Below are positions 1 to 9,405 of a DNA stretch of 54,411 nt, piece after piece; position 1 is the stretch's first letter; each line of letters opens with the position of its first letter. Source of the DNA: Bacteroidota bacterium (GTDB lineage Bacteria; Bacteroidota; Bacteroidia; Cytophagales; Amoebophilaceae); the NCBI GenBank assembly GCA_039192615.1, contig JBCCWZ010000001.1, positions 1 to 54,411 on the forward strand, given 5' to 3'. The translations under genes and the position numbers were made by a program. The notes under the pieces are model-generated. The model was not told the DNA's origin, made no database searches, and saw only the letters and a program-made list of their open reading frames with translations.

Positions 1-271
1 CAACCAAGCAGTAGTAACAACGGTTCGCGGCAGACACGACCACAGCGATCATCTCCCGCTCCAGCTTGCTTAGCTTTGAGTTCGCCAGCATCACTTCGTT
101 ATACAACGTCGAGAACGCCCGGAGCTTATCCTGGTGACGCGAGTAGGTCCGAAGCACGTTCGGAATAAGCCCAAGCTTTTCTTCGCAGGTCTGAAAATAC
201 GCCTGCATATCGTCATCCAGTTCCGACGGAACCGGTAGATCGAAGATTGATACATGATCTGGCTGGGGCAA
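1..271 (-). CDS. carboxymuconolactone decarboxylase (AhpD-like, CxxC) family peroxidase-related protein; partial, runs off the window start
   Basis: Hand translation of a minus-strand frame that is not in the ORF track gives (TTG)PQPDHVSIFDLPVPSELDDDMQAYFQTCEEKLGLIPNVLRTYSRHQDKLRAFSTLYNEVMLANSKLSKLEREMIAVVVSAANRCYYCLV. The CYYC motif and overall pattern fit the CMD/AhpD-like family. GGAGG lies 8 nt upstream of the TTG at 269-271. The start is uncertain; an ATG at codon 22 is also possible. Confidence 0.6.
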   Translation of the reverse strand, partial: MPQPDHVSIFDLPVPSELDDDMQAYFQTCEEKLGLIPNVLRTYSRHQDKLRAFSTLYNEVMLANSKLSKLEREMIAVVVSAANRCYYCLV

Positions 272-694
272 GGTCCGACCTCCAATTGTGTCTTTTCTTG
301 GCCGACGAAGCGAAATCGCTTTGAGGCGCTGTTTCGTTAATGCGGCTGTTCAATTGCCAATATGAGTTATTGTCGAGCGATGCGAAATAAAGAAACAGTG
401 GCCTGAGTTTGGCGACGTTCTATGGACGCTAATCGGCGGCTTTTTTCATCTTCTTTTCAGATGCCTGAGCAGGAATACCAAACGCTCAGCAGGACTTTGC
501 GCATTTCTTCTACATCCGTCACAAGGGCGCTCGCTTACCAGAATGACTGCCCTCTTCTCGCCACATTCCAGCGTAGCCTACAAACCATGAATTCGAGTCC
601 TGGCGCTTACTACGCCTGACGGTTTCCGGTCGATGAAAACAGAAGATGAAGCCGCGCCCGGCAGCCTTCGGCGCGTGGTCGGGAGAGATCTGCC

Positions 695-2380
695 ATGAAC
701 GATACTACCGCCTATTTCGACGCCTCCAACCCTGACACCCCAGCCAATATGACAGCCTCCGTCGCAAGTACGGCCGTCAACGGTGTACCAAGTAGCGGTA
801 CTGGTTTGACCGGAGCCGCCTATGCGCCGGGTACTAGTATCTGGAACATAGACAAAGCCGCAGAAGCCGCTGCCGGTACCGCAGACGCAACCTTCGAAGC
901 CTCGGAGCTTTTCTTCCGCAGCAATGACAGCGAAACAACTGTTGCGGAATTTCTTGGTGATTTTGGCACGATAACAAGCGGTAACGGCGATGTGGAGATG
1001 GGCCCATCGGCGTTGACTTTCACGGGCTTCATTTACATCCCACCGGGCGTTCACGAGGTTGCCGTCATCTCCGACGATGGTTTTGATCTCAACATTGGCG
1101 GCGTCGATTTTTCAGAGTTTGCAAACGGTCGCGGCACTGACGAAACAGCTCGCGTTGCCGAGTTTGATGGCGGTCTATACCCCATTGAACTTCTCTACTT
1201 CGACGGCGGCGGCGGCATGTCTCTCAAGCTGGAAATCGATGGGTTGCCTGTCGATCAAAGCGCGTTTTATCAATCGGTTACTGACTTTACCAATCCTCCA
1301 CCGGATGTCCCTCTCGTTCCGATAGATGACTACCACCCGTCCTTCTTCATCCCAGAAACTGTGGACGGCGAAACAATATTTACCGCGTCAGAAACGCGCG
1401 ACGTTTTTATCGGCGACGGTGGCAACGACACGATTGACGGCGCTGGTGGCGACGATGAGATTATGGGCGGGTTCGGCGACGACATCCTGTCCGGCGGTGC
1501 CGGCAACGATGTCCTCGACGGCGGCTATGGATCGGATGTCCTCAACGGCGGCGAGGGTGACGACCTTTTGATTGCAGCGTCCGATGCGGGCGAACAGCGG
1601 ATTGGACAGTTGGCCATCGGTCAACCAACCCGCGATGATCCGGACGGCGAAGTCAACGAAGCGCTGCAGAAACTCGAGGCCTACAAATACGAAGCCATTG
1701 TCGGGGACGACGTACTCGTGGGCGGTGCTGGGGCAGATACCTTCCTCATCAAGCCCCAGATTGACGCCAAACTGGACATTATTCAGGAGCATGTCCGCGC
1801 CGATGGCACCATTAATTGGGCGGGCGTTGCAGGCGAAAATGATGAGCTGCACGACCACTGGGTTGATAGCTTTGGTATCGACATAATAGCCGATTACAAC
1901 GCGGCGGAAGACTCCATTGCGGTGATAGGGCACACTGCCGTGCCCTACGTTACATACGCGGACGTGATGGGTGATGAAGCACTCGAATCGATCATCACCG
2001 TGATCTCTGTCCAGCATGGGAACGGCGGCGCGCATGACCGCGACTTGATCGGTCAAGTGATCGTTCATGGGGACCTTGTCGACGTCGAGGACATTCAGAC
2101 CGACGACAATGTCACCTATGGCGTGGTGGACACTTATGATGAAATCGCGACCGCTCTTGCCGCACCGGGTGAAGAGAAGATGACCGAGATCGACGGTGAG
2201 TTGGTCAAAGGCTACGACACCCGTGGGCCTATGCAGATGATGGACGGCATGAATGGCGATGACCATGGTGGGCATGGTGGCCCCGGCACAAATATGCTTG
2301 GTGCAGTGACCGGCGATCCCTTTGGTGCTTTCGACAACGACAACTTCTCGCTTGATATGCTCTCCAAGGCTGGTTGGTAG
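695..2380 (+). CDS. PA14-domain / RTX (hemolysin-type) calcium-binding repeat protein, probably C-terminally truncated at the ~2353 junction
   Basis: 561-aa ORF. The N-terminal ~200 aa look PA14-like (GLTGAAY...FTGFIYIPPGVHEVAVISDDGFDLNIGG...LLYFDGGGGMSLKLEIDG). Tandem GGxGxDxL nonapeptides follow (GGNDTIDGAGGDDEIMGGFGDDILSGGAGNDVLDGGYGSDVLNGGEGDDLL, ~1405-1575), with a later GGAGADTFLI. Codon usage is GC3-rich. Confidence 0.8.
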   Translation: MNDTTAYFDASNPDTPANMTASVASTAVNGVPSSGTGLTGAAYAPGTSIWNIDKAAEAAAGTADATFEASELFFRSNDSETTVAEFLGDFGTITSGNGDVEMGPSALTFTGFIYIPPGVHEVAVISDDGFDLNIGGVDFSEFANGRGTDETARVAEFDGGLYPIELLYFDGGGGMSLKLEIDGLPVDQSAFYQSVTDFTNPPPDVPLVPIDDYHPSFFIPETVDGETIFTASETRDVFIGDGGNDTIDGAGGDDEIMGGFGDDILSGGAGNDVLDGGYGSDVLNGGEGDDLLIAASDAGEQRIGQLAIGQPTRDDPDGEVNEALQKLEAYKYEAIVGDDVLVGGAGADTFLIKPQIDAKLDIIQEHVRADGTINWAGVAGENDELHDHWVDSFGIDIIADYNAAEDSIAVIGHTAVPYVTYADVMGDEALESIITVISVQHGNGGAHDRDLIGQVIVHGDLVDVEDIQTDDNVTYGVVDTYDEIATALAAPGEEKMTEIDGELVKGYDTRGPMQMMDGMNGDDHGGHGGPGTNMLGAVTGDPFGAFDNDNFSLDMLSKAGW

Positions 2381-2601
2381 GGTGGCTGAAAAAGGAGTTT
2401 AAAGGAAAGAAAAATGAGGATTTGTGGCGGCGATTTTGGCGTGTATTTCAGCAGCATCAGGTAACGTTGCGCTGGATCAAAGGGCATGCAGGGCATCCAG
2501 AAAATGAGCGCTGTGACCAATTGGCTGTAAAAAGTGCACAAAAAAAAGAACTAGCCGAGGATAAAGGTTATCTTGATAGCCTAACATCTCAGTATTCATG
2601 A
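2356..2601 (+). pseudogene. rnhA: 5'-truncated ribonuclease HI fragment (C-terminal ~half only)
   Basis: [57 protein letters not shown] matches the RNase HI C-terminal half (..[13 protein letters not shown].LA). An in-frame TGA sits at 2353-2355 immediately upstream. The N-terminal catalytic half is absent. The stop overlaps the ogt start (ATGA). Confidence 0.8.
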
Positions 2602-3119
2602 ATGACTTTGCGGTTAATTTTCTGACCTACGAATCCAATACACCTGTTTACTATAACACCTACGCCTCTCCCTATGGAGATTTGGTGTTAATGACCACAG
2701 AGTCAGGCGTTTGTGGGCTTCATTTCCTAGAAGAACCACCGGCCTATTACTTACAATTAGCGGAAGAAAAATTGGGAGAAGTGCCTGTATTAGCCCCTGA
2801 GCGTACCCAAGCCTGGTGGGATTGTATACAGCAGGCTACGCAGCCGCTCCCATTGGTGGCACAGGGCACACCCTTTCAAATCAGTGTTTGGAAGGCTTTA
2901 TGTACGATTCCTTCTGGCACTACTCGCTCTTACCAAACGATAGCTAGGCAATTAGGACATACGCAAGGAGCGCGTGCTGTGGGCAATGCCGTGGCCAACA
3001 ACTTCATTGGTTGGTTGATTCCTTGCCATAGAGTGGTGCGCCAAAATGGGCAAATGGGGGGATATAGGTGGACGGTAGCTAGAAAAAAGGCGATTTTGGC
3101 AGCGGAAATGCATGGATGA
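2598..3119 (+). CDS. ogt: methylated-DNA--protein-cysteine methyltransferase
   Basis: 173-aa ORF with the active-site motif IPCHRVV and upstream TRSYQTIARQLGHTQGARAVGNAVANN, typical of the MGMT/Ogt DNA-binding domain. Confidence 0.85.
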   Translation: MNDFAVNFLTYESNTPVYYNTYASPYGDLVLMTTESGVCGLHFLEEPPAYYLQLAEEKLGEVPVLAPERTQAWWDCIQQATQPLPLVAQGTPFQISVWKALCTIPSGTTRSYQTIARQLGHTQGARAVGNAVANNFIGWLIPCHRVVRQNGQMGGYRWTVARKKAILAAEMHG

Positions 3120-3156
3120 GGGAGTATTTACACGGCTGCTCCCTGTTTGACATTTC

Positions 3157-3480
3157 CTACCGCATCCAATCAATGGGTAGCCCTCCTAGCATCCCCTGGG
3201 TATGCTGTTTGACTTCCTCTTGAATCTTTTCTTCTACGGCTTTATTAGCCAAGTTGACAGCGGCCACAATGAGGTCTTGCAGTATTTCCTTGTCATTGGG
3301 ATCAATGTACTCCTTGTCGATGTCCAAGCCTAGTACTTCTTTATGACCATTGACCGTAGCCTTGACAGCCCCCGCTCCAGCTTCGCCTGTGGCTTGCAAT
3401 TGGGCGAATTTTTGCTGCATCTCTTGCACTTTGGCCTGGGCTTCTTTCATCTGGCCCATCATTTTGGTGAAATCTTCCAT
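3157..3480 (-). CDS. ybaB: YbaB/EbfC family nucleoid-associated protein
   Basis: 107 aa. MMGQMKEAQAKVQEMQQKFAQLQATGEAGAGAVKATVNGHKEVLGLDID..DKEILQDLIVAAVN is the characteristic YbaB pattern. Confidence 0.85.
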   Translation of the reverse strand: MEDFTKMMGQMKEAQAKVQEMQQKFAQLQATGEAGAGAVKATVNGHKEVLGLDIDKEYIDPNDKEILQDLIVAAVNLANKAVEEKIQEEVKQHTQGMLGGLPIDWMR

Positions 3481-3506
3481 AAGCGAACTGATTTACGGTG
3501 CTAAAA

Positions 3507-4868
3507 CTACGATAATTCTTTCACCAACTGGTCTAGTGAACAGGATTGTTGCGTGCCGGTCTGCATGTTTTTCAACATGACGGTTTGAGTGGCATGTTCT
3601 TCTTCGCCAATGATGGCGACAAAAGGGAGATGGCGTTTGTGGGCATACTGCAACTGCTTTTTCAACTTGATAGGTTCTGGATATATTTCTGCTTGAATGC
3701 CGTGGGAGCGCAGTGCGGCCAGCACTTCTAAAGCCCATTTTTCTGATGTTGAGTCTAAGTTAGCCACTATCACCTGGGTAGCGGCACCCAGCGAATCGGG
3801 AAATAAGCCTAACTCTTCTACCACCTCATAAAGCCTATCCAGTCCGAAAGAAAAGCCTACCCCAGACACGCTAGGCAATCCAAAGACATCGGTCAGGCCA
3901 TCATACCGCCCACCGCCACCTATGCTGCCCCAGGCCATATCCTTGACTTTGACCTCAAATACAGCGCCGGTATAGTAAGAAAGTCCCCTAGCCAGCGTAG
4001 GATCAAGCGTGATGGCAGGCGCTTTGACCCCCAATGCCTGAACAGAGGTTAATATTTGTTGCAGCGCCTGTAGCCCAGATTGGCCCGCTTGGGTAGCTGC
4101 TAAATTTTCTGTCAAGACTGCCCATCGGTCCTCCTGCGTGCCAGGCAGGTCAAAGAGAAAGGCCAGCTTTTCCAGCGCCGTGGCTGTGAATCCTTTGCGC
4201 TGTAACTCCTCCAGCACCCGTTCTTGGCCCACCTTGTCCAGCTTGTCCAAAGCCACACACAAAGCTTCCTCTTGGTCAGCAGCGCCTACTAGGACTGCCA
4301 GCCCTTTGAGTACGCCGCGGTGGTTGATGTGGATGGTAAAATCCTTGACGCCGAGCTGCTGAAGTACTTCGTGGATAAGAACGAGTATTTCAGCCTCACA
4401 CAATAGGGAGCTTGTCCCTACTACGTCAATATCGCACTGATAAAACTCCCTATAGCGGCCTTTTTGGGGGCGATCTGCCCGCCATACGGGTTGTATTTGG
4501 TCGCGTTGAAAAGGAAAGACCAGCTGGTCTTTATTCATGACTACATACCGCATCAGGGGCACCGTCAGATCATAGCGCAGACCCTTTTTGGCTATCTGGG
4601 GTAGCAATACTTTGTAATCGCTACTTGGCGGCACTTCCCCAGCCAGAAAATCGCCTGAATTCAAAATTTTAAACAAGAGTTGGTCGCCTTCTTGGCCATA
4701 CTTACCCGTCAGGGTCTCCAGATTTTCTAAAGCAGGGGTCTCAAGGGGAAAGAACCCATACTTTTGGTAAGTGTTTTGGATGACGTCAACAATGTAATGT
4801 CGCTTGAACACTTGGTGGGCCCCAAAGTCGCGCGTCCCTTTGACGAGTGTTGGCTGTTTTCCCTTCAT
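3507..4868 (-). CDS. hisS: histidine--tRNA ligase
   Basis: 453 aa with class II HisRS motifs: KGTRDF, LRYDLTVPLMRYV, REFYQCDIDVVG, GGGGRYDGL. Confidence 0.9.
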   Translation of the reverse strand: MKGKQPTLVKGTRDFGAHQVFKRHYIVDVIQNTYQKYGFFPLETPALENLETLTGKYGQEGDQLLFKILNSGDFLAGEVPPSSDYKVLLPQIAKKGLRYDLTVPLMRYVVMNKDQLVFPFQRDQIQPVWRADRPQKGRYREFYQCDIDVVGTSSLLCEAEILVLIHEVLQQLGVKDFTIHINHRGVLKGLAVLVGAADQEEALCVALDKLDKVGQERVLEELQRKGFTATALEKLAFLFDLPGTQEDRWAVLTENLAATQAGQSGLQALQQILTSVQALGVKAPAITLDPTLARGLSYYTGAVFEVKVKDMAWGSIGGGGRYDGLTDVFGLPSVSGVGFSFGLDRLYEVVEELGLFPDSLGAATQVIVANLDSTSEKWALEVLAALRSHGIQAEIYPEPIKLKKQLQYAHKRHLPFVAIIGEEEHATQTVMLKNMQTGTQQSCSLDQLVKELS

Positions 4869-4900
4869 ATGGTATCAGTAGTTTGTATGCACTCCTAGCA

Positions 4901-5347
4901 TCATTGATCCTGGGCCACAAAGCTATATATTCCCTCTTTATGATACTCCTGCGCCACCCAAGCGGCGATGCCTGGTGGTACTACGTTGGCCATCGTAGAA
5001 AGCGCAGCGATCGGTACAGTTTCAAACTCTATGTGATCCTCGTTAGCAATCACAGGATTGTCAAGCAAACCTAGGGGAGGGACTACTTTAAAGATGAAGT
5101 CGAATTCTTGATAACCTCTTCCTTGGTCCTGTCTGTGCCATTCTAAACAGCCTAATAGAGGTCCTATGGCGACATCAAGGGCTAGCTCTTCTTGTAACTC
5201 TCGGGCTAAGCAAGCTTGGAGATTCTCTCCTGGTTCCAGGGTGCCCCCTGGTAACATCCACTTCTGGATGCGTTTTTCCCAGCACATTAAAAGTTGGTGG
5301 CCATCGCTGATGATAGCCCTTGCTTTGATCAATAATTGGGGTGGCAT
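4901..5347 (-). CDS. NUDIX hydrolase
   Basis: NUDIX box GGTLEPGENLQACLARELQEELAL. I prefer the internal ATG at 5347 (MPPQLLIK..) because the track start at 5410 would overlap the mraY 3' end. Confidence 0.75.
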   Translation of the reverse strand: MPPQLLIKARAIISDGHQLLMCWEKRIQKWMLPGGTLEPGENLQACLARELQEELALDVAIGPLLGCLEWHRQDQGRGYQEFDFIFKVVPPLGLLDNPVIANEDHIEFETVPIAALSTMANVVPPGIAAWVAQEYHKEGIYSFVAQDQ

Positions 5348-5352
5348 AATAG

Positions 5353-6567
5353 TTAACGCAGTTTGAGTGTTACGAGTGTGAGAATAGCCAACAAAACCCC
5401 TACAATCCAAAACCGAGCTACGATCTTGGCTTCGTGTAGGCCCAGTTTTTGATAATGATGGTGAATAGGGGCCATCTTAAAAATCCGCTGGCCTACGCCA
5501 TATCTTCGTTTGGTATACTTGAAATAAGCGACCTGGATGATGACGGAGAGGTTTTCAATCACAAAGATGCCACAGAGCAGGGGAATAAGGAGCTCCTTCC
5601 TGATCATGATGGCCAGTACAGCAATGATTCCACCGATGGTCAAGCTGCCCGTATCTCCCATAAAAATCTGGGCAGGATACGCATTGTACCACAGAAAGCC
5701 TCCACAAGCTCCTACAAAAGCGGTACAAAAGATCACTAGCTCGCCCAGATTGGGAATATACATGATGTTGAGATACTGCGAGAAAATAACGTTGCCCGAT
5801 AGATAGGCTAGAATGCCCAAGGTAATCCCAATAATTGCTGAGGTGCCCGCTGCCAATCCATCCAATCCATCCGTCAGATTCGCCGCATTAGATACTGCTG
5901 CGACGATAAAGACGGCCATGAACACATACACAAGCCATGTGTACCGTTTGTCTAGGCCAGGAATGAGCTTGCTGTAATCTAATTCGTTGTTTTTGAAGAA
6001 AGGTACCGTGGTTTTTGTAGATTTTACATCCTTGAAAGTCACTGGTGTTGCTTCTCCCTGTTCGATGACTGCTACCGGTGTTTCCAGCTCTCGTACTACC
6101 ACGTCTTGATGAAAGTAAAGGGTAAGGCCCACAATGAGTCCCAATCCTACTTGTCCAAATAGCTTGAATCTTCCTGCTAGGCCCTCTCTGCCCTTTTTAA
6201 ACACCTTGATATAATCATCAATAAAACCAATGGTTCCCATCCATAGCGTAGCAGTGAGCAATAAGATGACGTAGGTATTGTCTAGCTTGGCAAAGAGCAG
6301 AGTAGGAATAATAATGGCGGCGATGATGCTAATACCTCCCATGGTGGGAGTGCGCCCCTTTGCGTCTTGCCCCTCCAGGCCCAGTGCTCGCACCCCATCT
6401 TTGATTTGTTGGGCCTGAAACAATCGGATTAGTTTTCTGCCTAGCACGATTGTGATGAGCACAGAGAGGATGGCTGCTGCTGCTGCTCTGAAGGAGATGT
6501 ATTTAAACACACCGGTGCCTGGCCAATTCAGCGCTTCATGTATGTATCGAAAAAGGTAATAAAGCAT
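5353..6567 (-). CDS. mraY: phospho-N-acetylmuramoyl-pentapeptide-transferase
   Basis: 404-aa polytopic membrane protein with MraY signatures ([36 protein letters not shown]). Confidence 0.9.
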   Translation of the reverse strand: MLYYLFRYIHEALNWPGTGVFKYISFRAAAAAILSVLITIVLGRKLIRLFQAQQIKDGVRALGLEGQDAKGRTPTMGGISIIAAIIIPTLLFAKLDNTYVILLLTATLWMGTIGFIDDYIKVFKKGREGLAGRFKLFGQVGLGLIVGLTLYFHQDVVVRELETPVAVIEQGEATPVTFKDVKSTKTTVPFFKNNELDYSKLIPGLDKRYTWLVYVFMAVFIVAAVSNAANLTDGLDGLAAGTSAIIGITLGILAYLSGNVIFSQYLNIMYIPNLGELVIFCTAFVGACGGFLWYNAYPAQIFMGDTGSLTIGGIIAVLAIMIRKELLIPLLCGIFVIENLSVIIQVAYFKYTKRRYGVGQRIFKMAPIHHHYQKLGLHEAKIVARFWIVGVLLAILTLVTLKLR

Positions 6568-6707
6568 GTTGATTACTTTTGGGGTGATATTTCAATAGAT
6601 CCTCATAGAGCGCTAAAAAAGCTTTCAGAAAATCACGGCTGTTGCAAAGCTTGTAAGTGGATAAAATTTAGTGAGGTTTGTGCTTAGCTGATGCCTTTTA
6701 TAGCAGC

Positions 6708-6737
6708 TTGAAACTTTGGTTGCCCCAAATATATTTG
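6708..6737 (+). promoter_or_regulatory. candidate Bacteroidota sigma-A promoter for the mreB operon (-33 TTG / -7 TAtaTTTG)
   Basis: TTG at 6708-6710 and TATATTTG at 6730-6737 are separated by a 19-nt spacer, matching the published Bacteroidetes consensus TTG..19 bp..TAnnTTTG. The site is 144 nt upstream of mreB. This is a motif match only. Confidence 0.3.
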
Positions 6738-6880
6738 TGCTTGCATGATTTTAATAACTAAGCGCTCTAGTATTAAAACCAACAAGTCCTACAGGGGAGG
6801 TCCAAAAAATTTCTATAAATTAGGCAAGGTTCTGCTAGGGACTCGCAGAATACGTCGTGCTCACCGAAAATTCATAAAAA

Positions 6881-7912
6881 ATGGGACTGTTAGACTTCCT
6901 TTATAGTGACATTGCTGTTGATTTAGGCACCGCCAATACACTAATTGTACAAAATGATAATATAGTAGTAGATGAGCCTTCGATTATAGCAATTAATAGA
7001 GATACGAATAAACTGATTGCTGTGGGCAAAAATGCTATGCAAATGCATGAAAAAACCCATAATAACATCAAGACGATTCGTCCTTTAAAAGATGGTGTCA
7101 TTGCAGACTTTCATGCAGCTGAGCACATGATTCGAGGTATGATCAAAATGATCACCCCTACTAAATGGAGGTTCCTCACACCCTTGTCGCGTAGAATGGT
7201 TATTTGTATTCCTTCGGGGATTACAGACGTTGAAAAGCGAGCTGTAAGAGACTCTGCAGAGCATACAGGGGCCAAAGAGGTCTACATGATTTCTGAGCCA
7301 ATTGCAGCGGCTATTGGGATAGGTATTGACATAGAGGCCCCTGTAGGCTCTATGATCGTGGATATTGGGGGAGGGACAACAGAGATTGCTGTCATTGCGC
7401 TTTCAGGTATTGTGTGTGACCAGTCTATAAAAATCGCAGGAGATGTTTTTAGCAAGGATATTTTGGATCATATGCGCCGAAAGCATAACCTGCTGATTGG
7501 TGAGCGAACGGCTGAGAAGATTAAACTAGGCGTAGGTGCTGCACTAGAAGCGCTCGATAATCCTCCTGATGAATTTGAAGTGCGTGGGAGAGACCTCATG
7601 ACCGGTATCCCCAAAGTTGTTCGAATCAATCATCAAGAAATCACCTCAGCATTAGAAAAATCTGTCCTTAAAATTGAAGAAGCTATTTTAAAAGCACTAG
7701 AAATGTCTCCTCCCGAGCTGGCTGCAGATATCTACGAGAATGGTATTTACCTGACAGGAGGGGGTGCCCTTTTACGTGGACTGGACAAAAGGCTAGCGCA
7801 AAAAACAAAGCTACCGGTACATATAGCCGAAGATCCGCTCCAGGCAGTAGTCCGGGGTACAGGTATTGCTTTAAGAAACTTAGACGCGTACAAGAGCGTA
7901 CTAATGACTTAA
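6881..7912 (+). CDS. mreB: rod shape-determining protein MreB
   Basis: 343-aa actin-like ATPase: DLGTANTL, VICIPSG, DIGGGTTE, LTGGGALLRGLD. Confidence 0.95.
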   Translation: MGLLDFLYSDIAVDLGTANTLIVQNDNIVVDEPSIIAINRDTNKLIAVGKNAMQMHEKTHNNIKTIRPLKDGVIADFHAAEHMIRGMIKMITPTKWRFLTPLSRRMVICIPSGITDVEKRAVRDSAEHTGAKEVYMISEPIAAAIGIGIDIEAPVGSMIVDIGGGTTEIAVIALSGIVCDQSIKIAGDVFSKDILDHMRRKHNLLIGERTAEKIKLGVGAALEALDNPPDEFEVRGRDLMTGIPKVVRINHQEITSALEKSVLKIEEAILKALEMSPPELAADIYENGIYLTGGGALLRGLDKRLAQKTKLPVHIAEDPLQAVVRGTGIALRNLDAYKSVLMT

Positions 7913-8090
7913 TGTAATGTTAGACGGCGCTCTAGGAAGTTCAACAGCTTTCATAGGAGGCATGGCTGTTCATCCACTAGTTGGATACTACTTTTTAATA
8001 ATCTTATAGCAGCTTTTCATGCAAGAGCTTTGCTTGGGGCAAAACCCTAGACAAGCCTAACGTAGGAGCAAAGACGAAGTTGGTATCCTT

Positions 8091-8891
8091 ATGGTCAGGT
8101 TGCTGCAATTATTATATAGGTATAGGGAGTTTATAGTTTTTATACTTTTAGAGCTCACTAGCGCTATTCTTAGCTTTAACCGTGAGCGCTACCAAGCCGT
8201 TACTTCTGCAGTGGTAGGAAATATTCTCAATTTTATTAATGACGTAAAAAATCACCCCCTGCTGAAGGCAGAAAATGAAAAATTATTACAGGACAATGCA
8301 GCATTGAGAAAGCAGCTCTTGCAAAGAGAAGGGCCCAAAGATCGGTTGTATACTCCTGTAAAATGCGACTTCATTCCTGCACGTGTTATCAACAATTCGA
8401 TCGTTGGCTCTAAGAATTACCTCACACTAAATAAAGGAGCCATGGATGGAATAGCCCCAGGTATGGGAGTGATGAGTGATAAGGGCATTGTAGGGAGAGT
8501 CAAAGCGGTTTCTAAGCATTTTTCTACCGTCATTTCCTTGCTCCATACTTCTATGCAGGTATCTGCTAAACTCTCGAACGCAGCCGTACTAGGTACCGTC
8601 CAGTGGCCGGGCAGGGACCCCTTTCAAGCGCAGCTGTTATACGTACCCCGACATGTACAGGTAGAACCTGGAGACACTGTGGTTACCTCAGGTTATAATG
8701 CTACTTTCCTAGAAGGAGCTGTAATTGGTCACGTCAAGCAGGTAAGGCTTCGAAAAGAAGCTCATTTTTATGACATCGAGCTAACGCTTAGCACAGACTT
8801 CGGTACCCTGCAACATGTCTACGTAGTGAATAATACTTTGAAGCAGGAAAAAGATGCTTTAGAGCAACATACCAGAGCGTTTTATGAATAA
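8091..8891 (+). CDS. mreC: rod shape-determining protein MreC
   Basis: 266 aa with an N-terminal TM, a coiled-coil (ENEKLLQDNAALRKQL), and a beta-rich domain (GMGVMSDKGIVGRV, GDTVVTSG). It sits between mreB and mreD. Confidence 0.85.
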   Translation: MVRLLQLLYRYREFIVFILLELTSAILSFNRERYQAVTSAVVGNILNFINDVKNHPLLKAENEKLLQDNAALRKQLLQREGPKDRLYTPVKCDFIPARVINNSIVGSKNYLTLNKGAMDGIAPGMGVMSDKGIVGRVKAVSKHFSTVISLLHTSMQVSAKLSNAAVLGTVQWPGRDPFQAQLLYVPRHVQVEPGDTVVTSGYNATFLEGAVIGHVKQVRLRKEAHFYDIELTLSTDFGTLQHVYVVNNTLKQEKDALEQHTRAFYE

Positions 8892-9405
8892 AGTTAGTAA
8901 GATAGGGCAGTTGGCCAATTTGGTACTCTACCTCACTTTACAAATGGCTGTGGCGCGGTACATGGTACTTTTTCACACGGCTTTTTGCTTTGTCTATGTA
9001 GCTTTTCTCTTACTGCTCCCTCGCCGGCAGGAAAATTTGGCAACCCTTTTGTTCATTAGCTTTGCTGTTGGGTTGCTTGTAGACATGTTCTACAACAGCC
9101 TGGGCCTCCATGCATTTGCTGCCGTGCTGATGGTCTACAGCAGGTCAAATTTGCTCCCACTAATACTACCCACTAATAGCTACGAAGCAGCCGCCCGTCC
9201 TACATTGAATCGTTTGGGATTAAGAAAATTTGCCCTTTTTGCTTTGCCTCTCATAGGTATCCACCACGCTGCGTTATTTCTTTTAGATGCTGGAAATGCC
9301 TCGCTCTCCTTCGTAGCCATGCGTAAACTACTCTTCAGTACCTTATGGACATATGGCGCTGTGCTAGCCACTCAAATCCCCTCACTCCTACTAAGCAAGC
9401 GATAA
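8884..9405 (+). CDS. mreD: rod shape-determining protein MreD
   Basis: 173-aa multi-TM protein located between mreC and mrdA. It overlaps mreC by 8 nt and shares TAATG with the mrdA start. The assignment rests mostly on operon position. Confidence 0.7.
   Translation: MNKVSKIGQLANLVLYLTLQMAVARYMVLFHTAFCFVYVAFLLLLPRRQENLATLLFISFAVGLLVDMFYNSLGLHAFAAVLMVYSRSNLLPLILPTNSYEAAARPTLNRLGLRKFALFALPLIGIHHAALFLLDAGNASLSFVAMRKLLFSTLWTYGAVLATQIPSLLLSKR

Noticed and set aside
91-285. Track ORF (64 aa, minus strand) at the window start.
   Set aside because: Its product is Arg/Cys-rich and not protein-like. A different minus-strand frame over the same DNA gives a convincing CMD/AhpD-like sequence, reported as feature 1-271.
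422-619. 65-aa plus-strand ORF in the spacer upstream of the RTX gene.
   Set aside because: It has no recognisable motif and no RBS, and it lies in a GC-rich intergenic region where spurious ORFs are common.
1388-2275. 295-aa antisense ORF inside the RTX gene, together with similar long antisense or off-frame ORFs at 578-1054, 26839-27360, 34070-34537, 34949-35365, 48585-49106 and 53258-53788.
   Set aside because: All lie opposite to, or out of frame with, genes carrying strong conserved motifs. Their translations are low-complexity or compositionally odd. They look like shadow ORFs.
6697-8017. 12-bp repeat ttatagcagctt found both upstream of mreB and upstream of mreC.
   Set aside because: Dozens of 12-mer coincidences are expected by chance in 54 kb on two strands, and there is no extended similarity around the matches.
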